Assembly: GCA_002269645.1 (NCBI GenBank)
Contig: NIVC01002120.1
Coordinates: 1 to 64,000 of the forward strand
Source: Macrostomum lignano
Taxonomy: Eukaryota
Reading direction: 5' to 3'
Length of the DNA: 64,000 nucleotides
Shown: in pieces, positions 19,201 to 33,425 of the stretch
How positions within the stretch are numbered: the first letter of the stretch is position 1
Layout: the number at the start of each line of letters is the position of its first letter
Program-made: the position numbers and the translations under genes
Notes under the pieces: model-generated
Told to the model about the DNA's origin: nothing
What the model saw: the letters and a program-made list of their open reading frames with translations, nothing else
Databases searched by the model: none

Positions 19201-22200
19201 TGCTGCGGTCAGGCCTGGGTGGCTGGCGGTGACTCAGCGACCTTCGCTAACCCGACATCAACCGGCTGCCTGCCTGGGCCCAGAATCTCCCCAGATTAAA
19301 TTTACTGCAGCTCGCGGATGCTGGAGGGGGGTTGGGCGGCCGTGTGTCACTTTTACGATTTTCAACTGCTAAAAGCTGCAGAAAGCAGCAATTCACTGCG
19401 GCAATGCGGCGGTCTGACTCAGACCTCCTCTGCAGTGCTGCCAGAAAGCATAACAAACTTTGCCTTCCCAAACTGCAATGAAAGTCGCGGTGCACCCACG
19501 CTTCCCATAAACTAAAAATTCTTATCTGGGGCTGTATCTGTTTGCCAGACCGGAATCAAGGCAGCTGCGTTCTTGCCACGAGAGCCACTGCCACCACCTC
19601 CTGTGCGCACTTGCTCTCTCTTGGCTGAAGTTCAGTACTGTTTAATTCCAAAATGCAGAGACTTGCTGCCAGATTTCGAATATAAGTAACAACGTTAGAG
19701 CCTTCAGGATGATTAGAAGCATCCAAGTGAAACCAGGCAGGTAGAAATCAAAACTTCATCTGAAGCGTCAAGGAGGGTTTAATCTAATTAAAGCCTCAGA
19801 GGTTCAGAAGTTAGAAAGCCTCATGGAGGTTTATAAGGCTAAGAAGGTAGAAAGCCTCATAGAATGTTCATTAGGTATTGAGCCTCATAGAGGGTTCAGA
19901 AGGTATAGAGCCTCATAGAGGGTTTATTAGATGTAGAGCCCCATAGAGGGTTCATTAGGTATAGAGCCTCATAGAGGGTTCATTAGATATAGAGCCTCAT
20001 AGAGGGTTCAGAAAGTAGAGAGCCTCATAGAGGGTTTATTAGATGTAGAGCCTCATAGAGGGTTCATTAGATGTAGAGCCTCATAGAGGGTTCGTTAGGT
20101 ATAGAGCCTCATAGAGGTTCAGAAGGTATAGAGCCTCATAAAGGTTCAGAAAGTATAGAGCCTCATAGAGGTTCAGAAGGTATAGAGCCTCATAGAGGGT
20201 TCATTAGATATATATAGAGCATCATGGAGGTTCAGAAGGTATAAAGCCTCATAGTGGGTTCATTAGGTATAGAGCCTCATAGAGGGTTCATTAGGTATGG
20301 AGCCTCATAGAGGGTTCATTAGATATAGAGCATCATGGAGGTTCAGAAGGTATAGAGCCTCATAGAGGGTTCATTAGGTATAGAGCCTCATAGAGGGTTC
20401 ATTAGATATAGAGCCTCATAGAGGTTCAGAAGGTAGAGAGCCTCATAGAGGTTCAGAAGGTATACAGCCTCATAGAGGGTTCATTAGATATAGAGCATCA
20501 TGGAAGTTCAGAAGGTAGAGAGCCTCATAGTGGGTTCAGAAGAGCCTCATGGAGGTTAAGAATATAGAGCCTCATAACCTAATATGAGTCAAGAATATAA
20601 TTAATAGCAGACATTTAATATCTTTTCTTCTTTGTGTAAAAAACCTACTCATCATTCAACTCTTATCATCAGGTGGGAGGCGCCCTGGGCCGAGCTGTTC
20701 CCCATGCGGCTGCTGCTGCGGTTGGGCTGCGAGCACCGAGTGTACCCCTGCCCGCTGACGTCGGTGCGCCGGCGCAGCCCCGTGTTTGGCGAGCTCAGCC
20801 GCTCCCTGGCCGGCATGCTGGTGGACACCAAAAATTTCTCTCACGGGTTGCCGAGCCCGCCGGGTCTCAGCGTGCGGCTTCGAACCGGCTGCACGGTGGT
20901 GCGCTGCCCCGTTGAAGCCTACGACTGCGTGCAGAAGGCCCTGGCGGCCGCAACTTCGGCGTCGTGCGGTGCGGGCAATGGCAGTTGGGTGCTGGCGTTC
21001 GGTGCGAGCTTCTGCCCGGCTGCTGACGCCCACCTGGTCTGCCATCAGAACCTCGAGACAGGTTGGTTGCCTAAATATACCTGCCTGGCGATTCCTTAAG
21101 GGTAGATTCCATCGCCGGTAGATTCCCCCGAGGGTAGATTACTCCCTAAGGGTAGATTTCCTCGAGGGTAGATTCACCCGAGGGTAGATTCCCCCGAAGG
21201 TAGATTCCCCCGAAGGTAGATTCCCCCGAGGGTAAATTCCCCGGAGGGTGGATTCCCCGAAGGTAGATTCATTCCCCCGAAGGTAGATTCCTCCGAAGGT
21301 AGATTCCTCCGAAGGTAGATTCCTCCGAAGGTAGATTCCTCCGAAGGTAGATTCCTCCGAAGGTAGATTCATTCCCTTGAGGGTAGATTCATTCCCCGAG
21401 GGTAGATTCCCCGAGGGTAGATTCCCCGAGGGTAGATTCCCCCGAAGGTAGATTCCCCCGAAGATAGATTCCCTCGAGGGTAGATTCCCCCGAAGATAGA
21501 TTCCCCGAGGGTAGGTTCCCTCGAGGGTAGATTCCCCGAAGGTAGATTCCCCCGAAGGTAGATTCCCCCGAAGGTAGATTCCCCGAAGGTAGATTCCCCC
21601 GAAGGTAGATTCCCCCGAGGGTAGATTCCTTTGCTTTTCCCAATACGTATATAATCCCATTTCTCTAGACCTGGATCCCCAGACTAGGCTAATGTCCCCA
21701 AGGCTAGATTTTCCCAGACTGACAGGTCTCAACCCACACTCCTAATGAGGGTCCTCATGCCCGCCTCTGGATGGGCCATTCGGGACACCCGAGTTCAGAG
21801 AGAAAGTGTGCAGCTAATGCTCAGCAACAGCAAAGAGGACAATTTGTGAGCATCATTATTGCATTGGGGCAGAGGATAATTGATGCAAATCAGGGTCACG
21901 AAATCAGGGCCATGCTTGAGCAATGGAGGAGTCGATTTATCGGGAACGAGTTCTCCGCCCTCATTAACAGCATAAGGCTCTTGACTTCAATCGATTTCCC
22001 AATGCAAGTAGATGTCGAAGGGATCAGTGTCCGTTAATGCACTGACTGACTCATCCCGCCGTGAGCAATGAAAATCAACCAGCTACATCGCAAAGTTTTG
22101 GCTGCATTCCAGCCGCAGTTCACACAACACCCACCTGCCGCGTCACCCGTATCCCTGCTGCTTTTACGCACACGTGTTTTTGCAGCTACCGGTCTGAATG

Positions 22201-23959
22201 CCGAGAGGGCTGGGCAGAGTGGAGCATGACTCATTCCTTCCGCCAGCCCTCGCCCTTCCCCCCTCTCCTCTCTTTCCCGCTCCTCCACTGCTGCTCTCTC
22301 CCGCAACTGGAGCAGTCTTGTTACCTCCCGTGCAATATACGTCCTCAGCTAGTCAGTCCTGTTCTCTCACCAATGATTATCATCTGGATGGAGATAAGGT
22401 GTGAAACAGCAGGTAAGTGGAAAAGATTGCAAATACAAGGTAATTTGTATAACTACAGCGCTCTGACTCATAGGATGAAATATTGCAAAGAGAAGAGGCA
22501 ATTGATTGTACTATTACTAGACAGTCAGTGTCACCATAGACGACAGCCAGCCAATCAGTACTCACCCCAGTCAGACAGCCTAGCCACCACCCCATCCAGT
22601 CAGCCAGCCAATCAGCGCGCACCCCAGTCAGCGAGCTAACCAACCGCCACCGACCACCCATCACAGGCGAATACGGCACCCGCGCAATCAGCATCGAAGG
22701 TCGCCAGCTGTCCATCACGGCTGCCTCCTTTGTGGTATTTAACGGTGGCGGCGGCACATTCGCCCAGAATCGGGCTAGCATCGTAGAGGACGGCGTGCTA
22801 GTGCAGCTCACCGATGATCAGATGGCCCGGCTGAGAGATGCACTCAGGTGAGGCCCCAGCTCAAGCTCGCAAACTCCACAAACCCCACCCCACAAACCCC
22901 ACCCCACAAACCCCCACCCTACAAACCCCATCCTACAAACCCCACCCTACAAACCCCATCCTACAAACCCCATCCTACAAACCCCACCCCACAAACCCCA
23001 TCCTACAAACCCCATCCTACAAACCCCACCCCACAAACCCCACCCTAAAAACCCCACCCTACAAACCCCATCCTACAAACCCCACCCTACAAACCCCACC
23101 CCACAAACCCCACCCTACAAACCCCAACCTACAAACCCCACCCTACAAACCCCACCCCACAAACCCCATCCTACAAACCCCACCCTACAAACCCCACCCT
23201 ACAAACCCCACCCCACAAACCCCCGCCCTACAAACCCCACCCCACAAACCCCACCCTACAAACCCCACCCTACAAACCCCATTCTGCAAAACCCACCCCA
23301 AAAACCCCACCCCACAATCCCCACTCCAAAACCGCGCCCGCAGGTCAATGCGCACCTGGTCGGCCGTTTGTTCGGCCGCCGACTCGGCCGGCGATCTCGT
23401 CGAGTTTGTCTGGCAGACGCGCCAGGACGACGACAAGGAGCGGCGAACTTCGCCGTCTGAGGCCGGCTGCGAGTTCAGCAACTCGGAGCGCTGGATCAGC
23501 CTGGTGGACGGCCAGCCGCTGACGGGCTGCCGGACGATCCGCCTGGCACCTGGCGGCCAGCGGACCGTCCGCTGCACGCGGTTGCACGCCATCCGGGAAG
23601 GCGACCTCTCTGAGGGCAGCCCGGCCGACTGTCTGCGCTGGGCGAACCGCCTGGCCGGAGCTGTCGTCGCCGCCGTTAACGAAGCCGCCGAAGCCGCGAG
23701 CGTCGATGAAGAAGATCCGACAGACGACGGCGAGGCGCTTGGTGGCGGCTGCCCAGCCGAATTCGCCGTCTGCGTGCGCGCCGGGCTGGCCGAGGGCGCT
23801 AGCTGGACGGCCGGCCAGCGAATTACACAGCCGGCGCTGCTGCGGTCGCTGGAATCGGCGCTGCGGCCGCTGCTGGCCGAGCTGGACCGCCTGCTGGCGT
23901 CCGAGCTGGCGCTGGAGCTGGTGTTCGCCCGGCTGCCGGCCAAGGGCGGCGCTGACTGA
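16280..23959 (+). CDS. ZFYVE9: SARA/endofin-like FYVE-domain protein; exons ~16280-18155, 20673-21061, 22667-22847, 23344-23959; apparent 1-bp slip near 16770
   Basis: FYVE motif WVPD..C..C...F...RRHHCRACG..C..C...RVC..C. C-terminal SARA (DUF3480-type) sequences WEAPWAELFPMRLLLRLG...YPCPL.S and ASIVEDGVLVQL. GT-AG junctions keep the frame. ZFYVE9 versus ZFYVE16 cannot be resolved. Confidence 0.85.
18160..18875. repeat. Intronic minisatellite, 16-17 bp (GGGGAATTTGAAGCTT)
   Basis: Direct tandem repeat starting right after the splice donor. Confidence 0.95.
19840..20575. repeat. Intronic minisatellite, about 28 bp (AGAGCCTCATAGAGGGTTCATTAGGTAT variants)
   Basis: Direct tandem repeat with two alternating variants. 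Confidence 0.93.
21098..21630. repeat. Intronic minisatellite, about 15 bp (GAAGGTAGATTCCCCC)
   Basis: Direct tandem repeat. Confidence 0.93.
22870..23330. repeat. Intronic minisatellite, about 14 bp (ACAAACCCCACCCT)
   Basis: Direct tandem repeat filling the last intron. Confidence 0.93.
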
Positions 23960-25073
23960 CAGCAGAAACTCCTAGAAAGCAGAAACAAACAAATAAAGAG
24001 ACACAATTAAGCCTGATTGTGATCGATAAAAATTCGATTCCATTCAAACTCGCGCCAAGATGACAGTAGTAAAACAAAACGAAACACAGAGTGAAACAGG
24101 AAGATTTAAAGTGGTTTTAGGGTTCTTAAGGACTTTTGTGGGGCGTTAAAAAATGTTCAAAAACGCGTATTTTGGCGCGAATTCAAATTTAGCTTAAGCT
24201 ACGTGAAATACTTGAAGTACTGTTGAGTCACAGAGATCTTAAACTAGCAGCAGCTGCATAATTATTTAATCAAAGCTTACCACATCTTGCGCACCAAATT
24301 GTGTCATCTGATGATTCGTTCGCTCACCTGCCTTCTATCGCTGTACTCAGGCCACTGCTGCACAGGCTGGAAATGTAGCCATTGCTCAGCTGCATGGAGC
24401 AAATTTCTGCAATCGACGTAATATCGACATTTTTCTGGTCTTTTGCAACTCATCGATTTATCCCAATTTATCCCCACTTTGCCTACTCAGCGGTTTCTGC
24501 CTCATCTTCCCCCTCTTACTTGACTTAGCTGCAGGGGGCTCCGTGCGTCCGGAAACAGCGAGGAGGCGTTGCCGCCCATTTCGCTAGCCCCATCTTCCCC
24601 CTCTCTCTCTCTGTTGTAATTCTTGAGCATTCGCGCACCGCCCATAGCAACTGAAAACCCGAGCACACCGAAGCCTTCAAACCGCCTCAGTCTGTGATTC
24701 GCCGCCGCAAATTCTTTTATCCGTCGAGTCAGATTTTTTTTGCAAATAAGAATTAAGATTTTACTTATTCGTTTCCTCATTTTACTACTCTTTCAAGTTA
24801 TAGTGTGAGTAGTGTATGTGGGGGCGATAAGGCCGAAATTCGCAGATTTCTCTATAGTAAAAAATCCTCACATTTATAAGCTGACTGAGATTTTCCTCGC
24901 TCATGAAATTCGTGACTTTATCAGAAATAAAACTGTGAAAGGCCGCTCGGTGGATGCCCGCAGCTTCATCGGCAGACTTTCGCTTTGGATTTTTGCCCGC
25001 TTTGGCAAACTTTCACTGCTCGTTGTTTGATTTTCATCAATTCTAGTGCCTGGAGTTTCTTAGTCACGTTTTC

Positions 25074-26005
<932 letters not shown>

Positions 26006-26529
26006 TCGGAAGCGCAGGCGGAGTGGCGCACTGCTGCATTCACGCCAAGCACGCACAATGTGACGCTGCAGAATGCTTTCCTAAACTGTCGCTCAGTCCT
26101 AAGTTAGTCTTCAGCAAACTGCAGCAAGAACTCAGTCGAACTCAAAGCCATTGTTCTCAGAATTTTCAATTGTTATCGCGGACAATGCGACAGATTTAGA
26201 AAGCCAGCTGAGATGAACAGAAAAAAAGTTTATTATTGCCGATAGGCCGAGGTAGTGAGAATTTTATTATCGCTTTTAATAACAGTCATCAAGTAAGCAG
26301 CAAAAGTCAGGGGATGTAGAAGCAGCTGAGGTGGCAGGTTGTTGCTGGGCTTCTATTTGGAGCAATGGGCGGCATGGTTATCGCATTTTCGATTTCATGA
26401 GAATCAGCATGGACAGAAGAGAATTAGGTAATAAAATTTTAGAACGCATTTTGTTTCCAAGAAATGTAAAGCTTCATTTAGCCATGGCCTGCTTGGTTCG
26501 GCGAATGCGAGCAGCCTCGTTCAGGCGGC

Positions 26530-27998
26530 TCACGCGCAGGCGGATGCCGCCCCGATCAGCTGGATGCTGACCCGCCCGGCAGCCTGGCTGTTGCCCCCCG
26601 CCGAGCCCTGCACTGCGGTGGCTCCGGAAGCCGCGTAGCTGCCGCCGCCGCCACCACCGACTGCTCCGTTGCCGCTCGTCCCGCCACCCGAGTAGCCGCC
26701 GCCACCGCCGCCGCCGCCAGGCTCGTTGCCAGACTTCTTGCCACCCCCGCCGCCTCCACCGAAGCCGCCGGTGCCGGCCTGGGCGGTGCCGACCCCGCCG
26801 GTCCAGCCGCCTGCGCGAGAGACGCCGCCGCCGCCATTGTTGCCTCCGCTCTGCGATCCGCCGTCCGACAGCCAGCCGGCGCCGCCACCGCCCGAGCCAC
26901 CGCAGCAAGCCGCCGAAGCTGCCGGAGCGCCGTTCCCTTCAGCACCGCCGCTGCCGCGGTAGCTGTCCGCCACCGCCGAGGCGCTTCCGTTCTGCCCCAC
27001 GGCACCCGAAACTCCAGCCGACATCTCGGCCGCTCCGCCGCCTCCGCCGGCCGCCAACAGCAGCGCCAGCGACCCAGACTCATAGACATAACTCCCGCCG
27101 CCCCCGCCGGCTCCGTAGTTGCTGCCAGTCGCGTCGCTGCCAGCCTCACCGACGACCACCGTCAGCTGTGCGCCGCTGAGCACGAAGGTCGCCTCCTTGT
27201 GGGCGCCGTTACCGCCGGGGTTCGCGCCGGAGTTCGAGCCGCCCCGGGCGCCCCACGCTCGGATTCGGTAGCAGGCGCCGGGCACGGGCGGCGAGTAGCT
27301 CTGGGGAGACGAGCTGCCTGCGGCTGTTTGAGGACGTTGGAGAAGCGCGGGAGTGGCTAACGAATTTGAGACCTTTGCGAATTTGAGAATTTCAATGGGC
27401 AGAAAAGTGCGCAGCTTACAGAAGTTGCGGTAGGCCGCCTCTGGTGCGACGGTGGAAATTTGAGCATCTAATGTCGTTGTTGGAGTTGTGGTGGTCGTTG
27501 TCGGAGTTGTGGTGGTTGTTGTCGGAGTTGTGGTGGTCGTTGTCGGAGTTGTGGTGGTTGTTGTCGGAGTTGTGGTGGTTGTTGTCGGAGTTGTGGTGGT
27601 CGTTGTCGGAGTTGTGGTGGTTGTTGTCGGAGTTGTGGTGGACGTTGTAGGAGTTGTGGTGGTCGTTGTCGGAGTAGTCTCAGCCGCGTCTTCCGGGCAG
27701 CCGGGCCGATCCGCCGCCACCCAGGTGCTGCAGTCGCCGCCACCAGATGCAGTCCAGAGGCTGCGCAGGTCGCAGGCGGTGCCCATTCGGCACACGGAGG
27801 CTCCGCTGTCAAACTCGGCGACCCCGCAGGCGGCTTCGACGCCGCAGAGGAGGGCGCAGGCGGCCGCGCTGACGGCCTGCCTGGCCGGGAGGTGGGCGGC
27901 CGAGGCGTTCGAGCAGCAGAGACCGCGGGCCGGCAGCAGCCGCAGTCGAGTGGCACTGCAGCTGGGCTGGGCCGATGAGGCCGGGTGGAGGCTGGGCT

Positions 27999-28030
<32 letters not shown>

Positions 28031-28056
28031 GGTTGGAACAGGAGCTGGAGGCTCAT
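26530..28056 (-). CDS. Secreted protein: signal peptide, PAN/apple-like Cys domain, Thr/Pro mucin repeat, ALK/LTK-type glycine-rich domain
   Basis: Leu-rich N-terminus; C...C..LC....C....F......C pattern; (TTTTTP)n; YRIRAWGARGG...LTVVVGEAG...GGGGGSYV...LLLAAGGGGG. A possible in-frame intron lies at about 27320-27419 (GTAAGC donor). Confidence 0.75.
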
Positions 28057-30813
28057 CTTGTTGTCCGATGGGGATCGCTCTCAACAAGCCTCAGTAACAG
28101 GAGGCCTATCATATGTCTATACATGCGAGGGGTCAGTGCGAGCCCTCATGGAGCGCGATTGGCTCAGGCAGGCCCAGTTGTGCAAAATCCAGTCAATTAA
28201 ATGAGTCCAGGTGGCATCTCCAACTCTCTCCCCCCTCTACTTCCTTTTCTATCGCATTCTATATTTGTCCCTTAATTAGCTTGCAGTATCTGCATGGCCA
28301 ATTGCCCAGAAAAGCAGAGCTGCATGTTAGCTTGAAAAAGAAACATTATGCAAACAAAGAGCTCAGCCATCGCAAATTAACTTACTATCATGCTTGCATG
28401 CTCCGTAAATTAAATCATAACCATTGGTGCCCTGTGCACAGTTTGTCACACCCTGCAGTTCTCAGTTGTCCCGCGAGCCCGTGCTCTGCGAAGCATTGTT
28501 TCCAAGCATTTGATCCCTGTGGAAACTCTGTCAGGGAATTCCACTTTCTAAATATAGGCTGCTGAGACTCTTCACGTTCATCAGCATTAATAACTCGTGA
28601 TAATAATTGCTGAGACTGAGATGCAATGACAAAACTGCAGATCAATTGCCTATTGAGCTTTGCCAGCTATATACTCATTTACTATATACGCATATGGTTT
28701 ATGGTCTAATGGTCTATTGTTATACTGTATACACAAATTCAGTAATTAATGTGATTATTAGTGGAATACATGTATTTACGCAATATTGAATGTTCCGAAT
28801 CTTTGATTATTAGCAGCAGCAGCCGTCAGAGCGTAATTAGTGATTAGAGAATCAAGCTAAATCAGTCGAAAAATCCTTTCGCCTTTCTTCTCTCCCAATC
28901 AATCAACACAGTCCTCAGTCTTGTATGTGGGCCAGATAAATCAGTCCATGGGGGTGATACCTTATACTCGTACTTATACCAGTGCGGGGTCAAGGGGGCT
29001 TGACATTAAGAACGTTAAGACAATTTTTTAAAATGATTTGATGTCTATGGTCAATAGCAGAATTTCTATACCATTATATTCTGCAGATTAGGACATGCGG
29101 TGAATGTTTCAGACAATTCTCGTAGCCAAGTGAGCAGTTAGAAGCAGCGTTTTATTATTGTCTTTGGGCGAGTGAAATAAACCGTTTATCTGCACCGATG
29201 CAAGTAAATGAAATCTACACAGAGACCAGAGACGTTCGCCCAGGGCAAGTGGGGGATACTGGGAGAGCCAGAGTGCAGTTTTCTACAAATGTCCAAATGA
29301 CTTTCTTATTGACAATTTCCTTATGGTGAATTTTGAATTGATAGCTTTGCCTCAACACCCCTGCACTCAATGCGATCTGCTCAGGTCAACATGTACTCCG
29401 CATAATGTTTCGAGGTTAAACTTAATACCCGCCGAATTCAGTTTTCTATGATTGAAAGTCTTTGACCCACATACATGTATAACCAAAGATAATTTATACA
29501 AGATGGGCCACCCATTAACCACTATGCAGGTGGCCCTGAAGCTAATGTGAAAAATTTTGCAATAAATAGGAATTGGCAAAAATCAACATTAAATTAATTT
29601 AATTGAACAACGCGTTTCGCACGATACTGTGCATCTTCAGGTTTATTTTTGAGCGAAAGAAACGAGTGACATCGGCAGTAAATAAATACGAAATTTTGGG
29701 GTGAATTCAATCATATTTTGCAATAATTTTGCAACAAGGGCGAAACTCAACTACTGAACTCAATTTCGTCAGTAGTCTCTCTGCAGTGCATGCATCATTC
29801 TTAGTTTGATTGAGTAGCTTTTTATTTAATCTATGAGATCTCAATCTCAAACTTCGGCAAGCAAAATTTCGCAAGGAAAGCTCGGCAAGCAAACGTCGTA
29901 CTCCCGGAAATCTCCTTCGGAGAAGAGGGGAACAACTGCCATCGCCAGAATTGCATTCTCTGAAATACATCAGCTGAAATTCCATATCTTGAATCCCATC
30001 TTCCAAAATCCAAATCGTCTCCAAATCCTCTTCAAAGCCTTTCAAATGCCATCTCTTGTTTTCCCTGTTTGCAAAACTGGCTGCCATTGTCCAGACTCAG
30101 ATTCTCCGGTCTTTTCTCTCTCATCTCTGCGCTCCTCCCTTACTTCTCTTTCCCCTCACTACTTTCTTCTCTTAACTCTCTTATCTCTGATTTCTGATCT
30201 CTCTTCTCTTTCCTCTCACTCTTATCTCTTCTCCCTCGTCTACTCTCATACCTCCCCTTTCCTCTCTTCATTCCCGCCCCACTCTCCTTAATTCTCTAGT
30301 CTAATCTTTCCTCTCACAACTCTCTTTTCTATCATCTCTCCTCTCCTCTCTGCTCTTTACTTTCATCTCCATGATCCTGACTGAAGATGCCAAATCCATC
30401 GAAATCCTCTCCGTGAAACAGAGACCCATCAAAATCCAGAAAGGGGAAGAACTCCCATTGCCAGAATTTCATTACCTGAAATCCATCAGCTGAATCTCAT
30501 CTAAATTCTTTAAAATCCTCTCCGTGAGACAGAACTCCATCAAATTCTCTTCATGAGACTGAACTTCATTAAAATCAATCTATCAAGCTGCAATAAATCA
30601 ATATGATCAATAGTACGCTCGTATCTCTATCAAATTGCAGTAAATCAAGACTCCCTTTAATTTGAAATCTATAAAATGATGCAGCCTGAGTAACATGGTG
30701 TTAAGCTAAGCACAATTGGGCGGGGTTTATAAATTATTAATACGTTTTTAATAATTATTAGCACTAACTTAGCGCAAGCAAGCGACGACTGGCAAGCATC
30801 AAACAGATTTGGT

Positions 30814-30829
30814 GGCCCTGAAAAGGGCC
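30814..30829 (-). promoter_or_regulatory. Histone 3' stem-loop of H4
   Basis: AAAAC-GGCCCTTTTCAGGGCC-ACCAAA on the minus strand. Confidence 0.95.
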
Positions 30830-30937
30830 GTTTTAACGTTCAGTAGTGATTGAAATAAATTACGAGCAGAACTTAGGCATCATTTTGCCTAGCCTAGCCC
30901 GCCTGTACACAGTACAGGGCACGGAGTTGAAATGCGC

Positions 30938-31258
<321 letters not shown>

Positions 31259-33425
31259 CTAGATTCGCTTTGAAGAAACTGAGATTAATAATAACCGATA
31301 TGATATGATAGAAAAGCATGTTTCTGTTCACTTTATCTTTATAAGCCCCAAGATCTACCAAGGCTGCTCGTTCCTCATTGGCTGACGCTAATACACCAAA
31401 AATATCGATCTTAATAGAATTTTATTCTTCAGTTGTTCATGTTGGCAAAATTTTAAGAAGCGGTTAGTTACAGTTACAGTTACAGTTAGTACAACAAACA
31501 AACATATTGGACATAATGTTACAATCTTTTGAATTTCGAAAATCTCTATTTCAGAATATGGGGAAATTTCAAAAGGCAGAAAAGACAAGAGGTAAAATTC
31601 TCTGTGGCCAGCTGAAAATGACGAAAATGATAAATTTGAAATTAAAAAGCAACTCTTTCTAGAGTTTTTTAGAGAACTCACGACATGCAAATTTTTCGAG
31701 TCAGTTTTAAAAACTCCCTGTCTAGGCTGTTGCCACATCGATTGATGCAAACTTTAGTTACACGTAAAAAATTGTCTGAGTAAAACGGCCCTTTAAAGGC
31801 CACAAAGACTAATGTGGATTAATAAATGTTAGTAAAGTCTTATAAAAAGCTATTTCATTTTCCTTACCATTTATATTTAATATTCTATCGAGGTATCTGC
31901 ATTTACACGTGAAACTGAAAAGCAAAACAAAAGGATTAAATTAAAATGAGAAATGAGAATGCTGCTGGTCTTTTGCAAAATTGAATGCCATCCCAGTCTG
32001 CGGCAACAATTGTTAGAACTTAGTACCAGTAGTAAAGTTAATTTATCCGGTGCGAAGCTAATAGATCTAATTTTGGCTGACAAAATATAGTAAAGACTAC
32101 AACTAAATGACTCGGAAAGCATCTTGGGCTCAATTCTAATTTCACTAGGTAAAACGGCCCTTCTAAGGGTCACACGAGGGCATTTGAATTTGCTCGAACG
32201 TTGAAGTTGAAATCTTAATCGAAAAATCATTTTGATCTACAAAGCAAAAAGCCAAAGCCTTTTTAATTTGTATTTTAACTTTCAATCTTTTTTACTGATT
32301 TAAAATATATAATTACCGTTGAGAAATATAGCTTTTTATATAAATGCATGCACTAATGTACGTGACACCATTGATCAGTGCCAGTCCGTGGTTACTGACG
32401 GGCGTTCGAAACGTTGATTTTAACACGAAGCCAGAATCATTGCCTATCATTGAGAAGTCGCAATCTTTAAAGTAAAAATCGAAGAGTGTAAACATAATCT
32501 AATTTAAGTGAAGTTAACTATTCCCACGTACGACACAGACGTTCTAGACGTTCCAGACGTTCTACTGTCAGTAGAGCACTCCGCACAGACTCATAAGGCG
32601 TGAAACAAAATCTACCTTTGCTGATGCCTGCCTACTCGTGTTGGTTACATGTAGCTTAGCTAGTAAAGTATAGCTTCGATCCGTTCCTATCTGATCGATT
32701 GTCAATTTCCATTGTTCACATATGTACAGTGTATGTACCGTTCCATGGAGCAAATAATGACTCGAATGAGAGCGTACATGTATATATTCAAGTGAAACGA
32801 GATTGCCTGGCAATCAAATTGAATTTCCGTGCAAAACTCTGCTAAAACGGAGACACTTAGTAGAGACGGCGGGCGGCCGTGTCAATTTTGGAGCTTATGG
32901 GCATGTCTATAGGCCCTAATGAACGCACACATGGTACTGTTGCTTTTAATTTGGGCAATAAAGAGAGTAGAGGCCGCCGACCTGATCTGCAGTGTCGGTT
33001 CTAAATTAGGGACACGGCCTTCACGGTCTTCAAGTGTGAACCCATTCGGCCATTCAATATTAATGACACGGCCGCTGGGCGCTGTGCAGGTTTTATTGAC
33101 ACGGCTGCTGTCTCCGTGTGCAAGACGCATTCTATATTATTGTATGTCGCCGACGCCCGACGCGCCGTGTCAGCTATAAGTATAGCCTGAGACACTGTAG
33201 AGACACGGCCGCCGTCTCTTTGTGTGGGCGTTGCTAAATCAATAAAGTATAATAACAAAATTACCTATTAAATTGTCAAAGAAATATTTTTATGATTATT
33301 ATGAAATAGAACTGCGATTATTTACACAAACGTAAACAAATTACAGACTTCCTCTCAACTCATATAGTTTTAACACTAAGAGAATCAAATCGCTTTCCTA
33401 GAAACTAAGCTAAGTCAATTTCCTG

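Noticed and set aside
32861-33219. Possible MITE with AGAGACGGCGG..CCGTGTC inverted ends
   Set aside because: The ends are imperfect and no TSD was found; unsupported without copy-number data.
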